Below, one piece after another: positions 18,301 through 27,300 of a DNA stretch of 32,000 nt. Both the position numbers and the translations under genes were made by a program. The notes beneath the pieces were generated by a model. The model was not told the origin of the DNA. It saw nothing but the letters and a program-made list of their open reading frames with translations, and did no database searches. Positions within the stretch are counted from its first letter, which is position 1, and each line of letters starts with the position of its first letter. The DNA comes from Chlamydiota bacterium (GTDB lineage Bacteria > Auribacterota > JACPWU01), in the NCBI GenBank assembly GCA_016196885.1, contig JACPWU010000046.1:35285-67284 (forward strand). The letters are read 5' to 3'.

Positions 18301-21063
18301 AGCAACCTTCCCCTTCCCTTCTTTTAAGAGAATGGAGACAGACTGAACCTCTTCTAAAACACGAACGGAATCATACGAATAACTTCTATCCCGATACGTC
18401 AAAACATTGTTCCAAGTTTCTCTAAAAACTTTCACCTCAATTGAATCCAAAACCTTTGATATTTCTCCCTGACCTGTGACCGCAGCCACGTCAAAATCAG
18501 AAGGAGATCCTGGTGCCATCCTCCTAGATACGGGAGAACGAAGCGCCAAATAATAGGAAGGACCATCAATGAACAATTGCTCTGTCGAGCTCACCGCCCG
18601 CCCCCCCATTTCTTGGACACTGCCTGTAACCGTCAAAAGCCAAGGGCCCGCATAAGAAAATGTTTTGTCCTTCATTTTAGAAAGAGAAGCCAAATCAAGT
18701 TCCCATTTTCCCTTGCCCTGTTCATCCAGCTTAATGGGAGGCAATTCAATCGATTGACCTTCAGGAAGAGGCACCCCAAATGTCTTTAAAGTTTCTGCGC
18801 TGTCTCCAAAGGTCCAACCTTTCCATTTTTTCGAACGAAAAGAAGTGGGATCCAAACGTCCCGTCAAAGTCGCATCGCCATTTTTGGCCGGCTGGCCAAA
18901 AAGATAATCCCCTTTGATTTTAGCCTGAAGGGATTTATCTGAAAGTTTGTAACGCCCGCGTTCAGATGGCCTTAATTTAAGAGCCATTTTCATTCGATTG
19001 GGAACAAATTCCTCTACCAAAAATGAAGCCAATCCAAATTCTTCTTTCTCTTCCTTTCCAGATTTAGGAAGTCCCACGCAAACAGACCACCTCCCCGTCG
19101 GAATATCCTTTGGCAACTTCATAGAAAGATGAGACATGCCATTGGAATCCATTTTGACCATACGTCCCTTCCACTCTCGACCCTCAGGTCTGTAAAATTG
19201 CCATTTCACTGGAAAACTTTCAGGAACGGTAAGCTCTGAGCCTCGAACAATCGCCCAAAGATGAATTTTTTCTCCAGGACGGTAAGCCCCTCTCTCTGAA
19301 TAGACAAAAGCTTCATACCCCTTTCTTAAATAAGGCGTTCCGGAAACATCAAAATTAGAATAAGAAAGCTGGCTTGACCTTAAATCAAGCCAGGTGAGAC
19401 CTGTTTTTGAGGAATCAGAGGATGACAACTCTGCAACCACAATAGCAGGCCTCTCATCCTCCTTTATTTCTATTTTTTCTATTCTTGCCACCCCCTTTGA
19501 ATCCGTAAGCGCCTCTCCTAAAAGTTGATTTTTATCCGAAAAAAGTTTAATTCTAACTTTTTCCATCGGTTTTGCAGTCGCCAAAGAAATTGCCCACACA
19601 AAAATGCCGCCTGAGAACTGCTTTGCAACAAGGCCCACATCAGACAAGGTTACAACCGTAGAAGCCGATAAATAATAGTAGGCATCGTAAGTTCTATTTT
19701 CCTGATCTGGTTTTATTTTAATTTCATAAACCCCATCTCGAGCGATATCCTTGGTGAGCAATTCATCCAAAGACAGGCGTATGTCTTGAATTTTATTTTT
19801 CTCCACATTTAACTTCAAAGATTTTTCAGCAACAACCTGACTCAATTGACTCAAGCCATACCACCTGCTTTCATAGACCGTATTTCTCCACGCCACAATG
19901 TTGTTTTCATACATTCTGGTCACAATCACCTTCACATTTTCAATATTCACCGCATGGGCCAGCACCGCCCGGTTTCCTTGGGAACCTAAATAGCCTTGTT
20001 CCTGTTCAAACCACAGTTGAGGTTCTCGATCATCAATAAAAACGCTAAAAAGATCCGAACGTGGATAAATCTTTTGGGAATTTGAAACAGCAGGTTTGGA
20101 TATTTTTAAAGCATATCTTTGCCCTGGGATGAAATCTCCTTCTAAACTTGCCCCAAACCATTCCTTCATGCATGTGAAAGGCACCTGAGGCTCAACCGAA
20201 AGCACTTCTTTAAGAAGCTCCGTATCCATGTTGTTGTTCGAGTAAAGACGAATCTTGATTTTTCCCCGTGAAGAAGAATAGGGTTCAACTCTCGTGATCA
20301 TGAGTTGATTGCTTAAGACAAGCGTTGCTTCATAAGGAGCAGCCAGGCCCAAAGGACCACTCACCCCGCAAAGCCCCGCATCCAAATGAACCATCACCTG
20401 AGGAAAGGTCTCATGGTCTAGCTGTAGAAGAGGCGTTGGCTCTGTTATGATTCTGATGACATTCCCCGTACTTTCCCCATACAAATGGAAAGAGATGGCT
20501 TGATGATCCAAAGATTCCATTTTTAAACATTTCAGGGCTTCGGTAGATAAAACATTGTTGTTAAACTCGATCTCCAGCATAAATTGATCTCTTTCGTCAA
20601 AAGCCGCTTGGCGTATGGAGATCACTTCAAGAGGCGCCGTCTTCACAGTCACCGAAAAAGAACTGTTTGAACATCCCTCTTTTGAAAGAAGAGTTTTTTC
20701 TGGCAAAGTAAATGTAAAAGGAGTGGTCTTTGGAAGGTCTATTTCAGGTGTAAAAGCGAGCTTTCTGGGACCCAGCCAATCCCAATGCCCCTGGACGAGA
20801 TAAGGAGACTGAGAGGGTGTTTGAATCGTAATGGGAAGATGAGCAATCTCTGGAAAGTTTCGGTATTTTTCATCAATATCCAGATTAAATTCCCAAACCA
20901 GTATCGGTCGAGCCCCCACAACTGCATCTACCCCCGGACTAAATTTTATGACCTGCAAAAGATTTTCATTTTTAAACTGATTGAAATGAATATAACCCAA
21001 CCAAGCCCCGATATTTGCTACCGCAAAACAAGAAACGGTCATCCAAAATTTTTTGCTCAACAT
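15346..21063 (-). CDS. yfhM: Bacterial alpha-2-macroglobulin family protein with intact thioester motif
   Basis: About 1,905 aa of repeated beta-sandwich (MG-like) sequence. YPHGCAEQT thioester motif at 16729-16740, an N-terminal hydrophobic anchor, and upstream partnership with pbpC. Start set at ATG 21063 (GGAG 6 nt upstream) rather than the GTG at 21075. Confidence 0.9.
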   Translation of the reverse strand: MLSKKFWMTVSCFAVANIGAWLGYIHFNQFKNENLLQVIKFSPGVDAVVGARPILVWEFNLDIDEKYRNFPEIAHLPITIQTPSQSPYLVQGHWDWLGPRKLAFTPEIDLPKTTPFTFTLPEKTLLSKEGCSNSSFSVTVKTAPLEVISIRQAAFDERDQFMLEIEFNNNVLSTEALKCLKMESLDHQAISFHLYGESTGNVIRIITEPTPLLQLDHETFPQVMVHLDAGLCGVSGPLGLAAPYEATLVLSNQLMITRVEPYSSSRGKIKIRLYSNNNMDTELLKEVLSVEPQVPFTCMKEWFGASLEGDFIPGQRYALKISKPAVSNSQKIYPRSDLFSVFIDDREPQLWFEQEQGYLGSQGNRAVLAHAVNIENVKVIVTRMYENNIVAWRNTVYESRWYGLSQLSQVVAEKSLKLNVEKNKIQDIRLSLDELLTKDIARDGVYEIKIKPDQENRTYDAYYYLSASTVVTLSDVGLVAKQFSGGIFVWAISLATAKPMEKVRIKLFSDKNQLLGEALTDSKGVARIEKIEIKEDERPAIVVAELSSSDSSKTGLTWLDLRSSQLSYSNFDVSGTPYLRKGYEAFVYSERGAYRPGEKIHLWAIVRGSELTVPESFPVKWQFYRPEGREWKGRMVKMDSNGMSHLSMKLPKDIPTGRWSVCVGLPKSGKEEKEEFGLASFLVEEFVPNRMKMALKLRPSERGRYKLSDKSLQAKIKGDYLFGQPAKNGDATLTGRLDPTSFRSKKWKGWTFGDSAETLKTFGVPLPEGQSIELPPIKLDEQGKGKWELDLASLSKMKDKTFSYAGPWLLTVTGSVQEMGGRAVSSTEQLFIDGPSYYLALRSPVSRRMAPGSPSDFDVAAVTGQGEISKVLDSIEVKVFRETWNNVLTYRDRSYSYDSVRVLEEVQSVSILLKEGKGKVAVTPSGGGSYVVSIRDPKMGTLTSESFYVSEGEGWEDSISRERPDELKIKISPVRVGEKTEVVIRSPFPGTLLLTLETDHVIFHQVQEMTESYVTVPIDMTEEFRPNAYVSATVIQPVKSDAPWKMHRAFGVTRLRVENEDEKLLLKVDGPKEARPKTKVRIAVEVRNPTGEPVCNASVTLALVDEGILQLTDFSTPDPFEFFHQTRGLGVSGSDLYSELFPEIPALNPKSAVGGDGSGYNPRHLSPVSPQRIQNVALVSKILHSNSKGKVVAHFSLPEFSGSLRVMVIAHAGNLFGAMDQPMIVRSPLMFQTTLPRFVAMKDHFEMPITLFNHTGQKGSANLSIELKDEKAVLRFTNSSEKNSKSSLPLATESGYPLAGGRESGWSRETETMGRVREGGDLNPPSPNPSHLGRGILMENGGQVTLSIPLEAGEAMGTAHLYIEAELNGEKYTQELELPVRPPYPITSVGSDATVTPGHPMEIKIPEKWVSQTAQLNIRVFPFSTFNIVNALNYLNEYPHGCAEQTLSTAFPLIGLTKVGEKFFPDLFEKKYVTQRVDTTITRLIGMQTLDGGIAMWPGYREIWPWASVYAAHFLVEAESLGYEIPLDFRDRLFLYLQKLMKETSDNPDTLEIQAYACFVLAKAGKPERSIMTRLEELLKNPVVSEHEIYPSTRFYLALAWFYAGRRDLAMDLIPQDFARPRQSRELEGNIGSPIRDQSILAQALMELDPENAAIPKLIQEIAQAGDDKKWGSTQDYAFALMALGQYLEKVDMGEPFASCELGSDSEKILETKGGEALSWTSLNQDVIGKNFLVKIQGSEQAKGYISWTVTGVSKEAPKNEDHGISIRRKYLDQNGKPLSMNEIKSGDLIQVELDLETTITYDNLVIEDLLPAGFEIENPRFNTTAQLSNPDAVSAFVDSRVDIRDDRLVLYGKMSKGRATYTYLVRAITPGTFTIPPVRAQCMYDISINSLFGAGETLTISSKN
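17056..17206. repeat. Second copy of the 15251 element, carrying a nested ~66-nt insert, inside the a2m reading frame
   Basis: 17056-17125 and 17192-17206 align almost base for base with 15251-15332. 17126-17191 is extra and contains the hairpin ACCCGCAAGCGGGT. Translated in frame as ..PLAGGRESGWSRETETMGRVREGGDLNPPSPNPSHLGRGI.. Confidence 0.85.
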
Positions 21064-21212
21064 AGATGTCTCCACTCGTCTGTAATAAAAATTTGTTTCG
21101 AAAATTTTTCATAAAATTTATGGAAATAAATCTGAACGGTTTGAGAAAGAGGGTCAATGAAAAATGAAAAATAATTTCAGACATGAATTAACTTATTGCA
21201 CAGGAGGAAGTA

Positions 21213-21320
21213 ATGATTGAACAATATGAAAAAAAATTTATTCTTCAAAATGAGAGAGAAAAAATCTTAAATTCTGAGCTCACATTTTTTAGGGTTTTAG
21301 AAAATTTTATAAAAATTTAA
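21213..21320 (+). CDS. Candidate 35-aa small protein (MIEQYEKKFILQNEREKILNSELTFFRVLENFIKI)
   Basis: Not in the ORF track (too short). ATG 21213 is preceded by AGGAGG (21202-21207) at 5-nt spacing. The frame stays open for 35 codons in a very AT-rich spacer. It is divergent from a2m. No homology recognised. Confidence 0.3.
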   Translation: MIEQYEKKFILQNEREKILNSELTFFRVLENFIKI

Positions 21321-21333
21321 AATAGATATTTCT

Positions 21334-24300
21334 CTACATCTGCGTCTGAGTCAAATCCATCATAGCTTTGAGAGAGGCGAGGCGTTTGGTGGACCGAAGT
21401 TGAAGATGCCTTTTTTGATTCATCTCATCCATGGCAGGGGGATCTATCGACCGAAGGTCGTCACTTATTTTTTGTCCATGCTGGGCTAAAATGTCGAGAA
21501 TCACAGCCAGCTTGGCTTGGTCTAACCTTCCCTCCACAACCCAAGCCATGACACTATTCAACTCATCTCCCAAGCGTTCTTTCAAAGAAGAGGACACAAA
21601 CCATATTTCTTCTAAACTCTGACCCGTCATCTCCTGTCCAAAGCGCTTTTTCGCCTCTGTCTGAATCATCTGAAGGTAATTTTGAGGTGAAAGACGTGTC
21701 TTTCCTTCCCGGATGACAAAAACCTGAACATTCTTGAGATTTGGAGAAAGGCTTAAGGCCTGTCGGGCTGACTTCTCTAACACTTCATCACTTTCTTTAA
21801 CATTTTCATTCACAAAAACAGGAATCAATCCCTTGAAATCTTCTTCTTTTCCGGCCTCTCTCAAATCATTTAGATATTGATTCAAGGCTGTCGGATCCAC
21901 ATGCATTTGACCCTGATCCGTCACAGAAATTCCGACAATATCCTGATCCATGATAGAAACTTGATGGGCGGGAAGATGAGAGATTTGCTCTCGATGTTGC
22001 GTTTTATAAACCCGCCCCATCTCAACCCAAAGAGAACTGCAAACCACTTCTACTTCATGGGTAGAGGGATTGATCATCCTGACCCGTGCAATCACATGAG
22101 CCCTTTCACTTGAACCAGGCTCTTCAGGCAGATTTAAATCCAAAGTTGCCGGATTCTGACCCTCCCAAGATTCAAGGGCTGTTAATAAGTAGGAAAGAAA
22201 TTCTTCGTCTAAATTGGCGTTTACGATATGAATCCTAGAGGATCTTGATGTTAGGACAAGATCCCTCGTTACTCTCGGGATGACACTTTCAGTAGAAGGA
22301 TCTTCCCACATCGCCGCCAGTAAATCATCCAGATAAAGACTTTCAGTATAGTCTGAAAATCCTTCATACTGAGGAATGTGTCTCGGAAGTTCTCCTTTTC
22401 CATTCATGATAAAATTCGCTATTTTTTCAAGCTCTTGATCCTTTAGATCTAATCCGCGAACAGCTCCTGCCAATTGCAAAAGATCCCTAAAAATAGCTGA
22501 TTTTGCCTGCCGCCTTCCTTCTTGATCCACTTTCTCTCCCTTCTCCATGGCCCCAATCAATTTTAATACAGCTTGCCTCAAAGCTCCCACTCTCACATTT
22601 TCTCGAGTGATCAATCGAACCACTCTATCTAATGCCTTCTCAAAAGCCTCATCTCGATCTAGCTCGTTTGTTTGACCCATCAAGAGTCGCAACTGATTGA
22701 GAAGAAGCCGGCGAGCATATTCATCTACCCCCCTCTTAGGGTCAAGTCTTTCCTTGACTACATCTCTACCCAGCACCGTCGCCACCCACTCCTCCCATCC
22801 CAGCTGAACAGGCCTTCCCTCTTCCATGAGCCATTTGAGTTCACAAATATTTTTGTCTGCATCATAAGCTATAAGGTCTGGATACTTTTCGGATAATTGA
22901 ATCAGTTCTTGAATTTCATTTTCATAATCTTCTTGTGCCAACTTCATCCTTCTCTGTTCCTGAAGAGCTTTTTCGTGAAGGTCTTCCAAGAAGGCATATT
23001 CTTTTTCTGTCATGATCTGACGCGCTTCTACATTCCGGCCTATTAAATAATCTTCCAATCTTTGAATAGATTGAGGAATGAGAGAAACACCCTCCACATC
23101 TTCCATAAGTCTTTTTCGCCCTCGGGCTTGGTTTTTTGCCTGGATGGCCTCTCTCAAAGTATAAAAATCGTGATTCTGATTTTGATAAAGTTGTTTCATC
23201 TCTCTCATCCATTTTCTAAGCCCATGAAAAAACAGGGTAAATTTCTTTTTGGATTGACTAGATTTAACACCCATCAGAGTCTCCCTATCGCCCATCACAA
23301 CCAATCGATCTATCGAGCGACTCAAAGCCACATTCAAACGATTCAAATTTCGAATATGACCCACCTCTCCAGCAGAATTGCTCCTGACAAAGCTGTAGAT
23401 CACCACGTGGTTTTCCCTGCCTTGATAGCTATCTACCGTTGAAACTTGCTCACGAACAAGCCCCTCTGCTCGATCTGGATTCATATCTCTTTTCTGAGTT
23501 AAATAACTCTTTAAAAGATCTCTTATCAAATCCACTTGTGCAGCGTAACCGGTTAAAATGGTGATCTGTTCAGGTCTATAACCCGAAAGCAGGGCACGCT
23601 GATATTCCCGAAGAGCTTGTTCAGCCTCTTTCAGATTTTTATAACTTTTCCCTTCTTTCTCTTCATTGGGATGATTTCCTTCCATAGGAACATCTACCAT
23701 TCTCAATGTATCCCTTTCCATCATTCTCCAATACTTAGGAACCATCAACCTTCTATAAAACAATAAACCCACTAAAACTGTAATCGCAGGATGAGATCGA
23801 TAATTTCTCGCCAAAAATACTTGTGGGTATCCTCGATCCCATCTTCGACCCATGCCACTTCTCTTCATCAGTCTTAAAAATTCTTTTCCATGACCCGCCA
23901 TCCATTGACTTTCAAAATAAGGCTGCAACTGTCGATGATCCCCTGCTAGAACAACTTTCTCCCGAGCCTTGGCCACAGCCAGCAAAGTCTCCGCCTCATT
24001 CACAGTCCCGGCTTCTTCAACAATCACAACATCAAAATCATTTCGATAAGTCTCCGGCACAAGACCCATGGAGTGAATCGTCGCACCCACGACATAACCG
24101 TTCCCGTTTAAATTCCAACGGTGTTCACATATCCTAGCTCCTTCTCTATCATATTGATTAAAATTCTGACGATCTCGAACCCAATACTTTCTCAACTTTT
24201 CAAGAATTCTCTCATCTCCTCCACCATCTACCCCTTTGTTATACACACGCATGATGGGAAGTTCTATTTTGTCTAAACGGGCCAACAAATGATCCACAGC

Positions 24301-27300
24301 ACGATTGGTCCTGCTCACGACCATCACCCTTTTACCCTGCTGAACAAACTGTTGAACGATCCCGACCAATGTGGATGTCTTTCCACTGCCCGCCCCTCCC
24401 TGAATCAGAATGACATTGGCTTTAGGATTCAGGGAAACGTCTTGCGCATGGGATTGAAATGGATCGTTCTCAGTATTTCTGTCCATGCCAGAGTGAGCAT
24501 CCTCAATATCCAATCTAGATATAGGCGTTGGTTCTCTCAAACCTAAAAACTCTTTCACGGCATCCGTTGCAGTACCCTCTTCTATTTTCTGCTTCAAATC
24601 CATTAAAGCGATAGCCATCGCCCTTTGAAGTTCAGGACGCATCCCATTTTTACTCGCTCTTCCATCTGTTTTAAGTTTGGCAGTTCCTGCTATCAGCATG
24701 TCTAATTCATCTAAGACTTCTTTTCTTGTCCGTGTCTTAAGAAGAAAACCCTTTTCACCTGGAAGTTGCATAGAGGCAACTTCCGCTTCCCCATTAAATT
24801 CTCCATCTAAAACAGTTATGGACGGAAGTGTAACATTCCATTTCAGGGCGGCTACCCACAAAGGGCGGTTGGGCATCATCCCATTCAAGAGAGACCATAC
24901 ATCATTCCCAAAGCCCCCAGCTTCGCGTTCCCGAAGCGCCACTTGGACCTGCTCAACATTTGAATAACCCGAAGAGAGTCTTGGTTGAAAACCAATAGCG
25001 TTCCCCTTAAGAACCAGACGATGAAATCGAAAAATGGTTTTTCGATGAAAACGTTTTCTCGTCTCATAAATCCAACCTGCCAAGCTATCATCATAAAATC
25101 GTCTTATCTCAACAGGACCTTGACCCGGGCCTGTAGGCAAAACAACCCTCTTTTCCATTTTCTTTTTGAGTTCGCCTCGACCCGTTTCTTCAGTCCACGT
25201 CACGACAACTCTTCCAAATTTATCTGCCTTAAGGCTCCACGGACCTTCGAAAGGTTTCACAGCATTTTTCTCTAAACCTTTTTGACCCATTCTGACATGT
25301 TGAACAATTCTTTCCTCACTCGGATCAAACGGTTTTAAATCCAAATGTTTTTTATCTTCATTCCAGACCATTCTTAAGAAATTGATAAACTCTTCTCCTG
25401 CCACCACACGCCTCGTCTTGTAAACCCATCCCCATTCTGGATCAAAAGTACGACTCAATTTTGCAACCGATGGACATTCTTTTTTTGTTCCGGTAGCAGC
25501 CGAAACATGATGTTCCTTTTTTTGTTCGTCGACCCAATAAAAAGAAATATCTCCTCGAGCATCCGTGGGCACTTCCCAATCTTCAAAAGGCTCTACCGCC
25601 TTGCGTTTCTGGGCTTTGGTTTTTGACATTCTTAGATGAGCAACGATTTGTTCTCGAATAGGATCTTCAATCGGTTCAAACACCCAATGTCCCTTATCTT
25701 CTTCCCATTTCAACCGAGATTGACAAATAATGGTTTTAGATACTCCCTCTTCCGCCACCCTTCTTCGAGTTTCATAAATCCATTCTTTTCTCATGGAATC
25801 AAAAAACCGCCGAACCTCGGCTTCTCCTTCCTCTATAGAACCTGTAGACAATAACGCACTGTTTTTGCCCCAGCCATACGTCAGTTTGCCATTGCCAATC
25901 GTTCCTTGTTTCCACCATCCCAATTCCCTTACTGCATCTGACTTCTGAGCCTCACTCTTTCCCATACTCAGATGAGCCACAACTTCTCGGCGCATTCTAC
26001 CCAGCACCGTTCTATCTAAATTTTTAAACGTCCAAGAGTTATGACTCTCATCCCACTCCAACCTGGACTCGCTGATGATAAATCGGCGACGCCCATTCTC
26101 ATGAACTTCTCTACGCGTTCGATAGACCCAACCCCATTCACGCGTGTAAAAACGCATCACATCTACCCAGACTTTTCCACTGTTCTTACTTCCACTTGTG
26201 GACAAATACCTCTGTTTTCTGACGCCATTGACCGTCACGCTAAACAACAACTGACCGTCATCATTCGTTTCTTGACACCATCTGACGGATTGCGTCCCTT
26301 CCAATTCCAAATGCGTTAACTGATAAACTGTCTCGGCCTTACCCTCTTCAGAACTCAACTCCTTTGCCCGAAGCCACTGATAAACCCTCTGCGCAAAACC
26401 TAACCCTTCTTCTTGCAACATTGTTCTAAACATCGTGAGTTCTTCCACCGTTATCTTCAACTCTTGAAGGACATATTCAATATCCTCTTCCAAAAGCATG
26501 GCCTCTTCTTCTATCGTGTTACCTACACCCGACTCATGCCTGAGTTCATGCCTCAAACCGAGCTTCAATAATTTCAACCGGCAAGCAGGAGAAATTCTTG
26601 AGTTAAAAACTTGACCATTGATGCCAATAAAACCGTTCGTTTGATGATCTTCAAAAAGGTGAGTAGAACTTGAAAGGAGGGATAGAATAATTTCATTACC
26701 TTGCGGAGGTGAATGATCAAACTGCTCAGCCAAATATTCTTTCAAAAACTTTTCAAAATCATTTGAACCCTCAAAACCAAAAGCTGTAAACCTAGACAAA
26801 ATCTCTTTATCTATCCACACCGCTTTACCTGCAATCTCACCCAAAGATTTTGACTGGGCTTTAACTTGGCCTTTTATCTGCTGAATATCTTTTCCTTCTA
26901 TCCCCTGCCCCCACCACATCATTGGGCCCTCATTTTTGAGCTTTAGCCCTTCCATGTTGGCAATATTCGACGGAGCAGGTCCTGACACTCCAAATTTGCT
27001 TTCCCATTCTCTACTCAGAGGATCCACAAACAAATATTGAAACAAAGGATGTTGACCCTTATCTATAACATCTCCAACATCATGAGTTATTTTTTCCTGA
27101 CTGAGTCCTCTTCCTGAATAAAGTAGACCCAGGAAAAATACTTTATCATTGTCATTTAGCATTCTTTTTAAAACACGCTCGTTTTCAAATGGTGGGGCAT
27201 GTCCCAGGGCAGACTCCAGATGAAGGGCAAAAATCCACTCATCAATGTATATGCCTCTCATATACACATCTATGGTGTTCCAAATCATCCGGCGAAGATT

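Noticed and set aside
20990-21063. Lipoprotein lipobox in the a2m N-terminus (..MTVSC..)
   Set aside because: T-V-S-C does not fit the L/V/I-A/S/T-G/A/S-C consensus at position -3, so I only call it a hydrophobic anchor.
21129-21157. Possible sigma70-type promoter for a2m (TTGACC-17 nt-CAGATT on the minus strand)
   Set aside because: The -10 hexamer is weak (3/6), and many comparable matches occur by chance in this AT-rich spacer. This is not enough support to list it as a feature.
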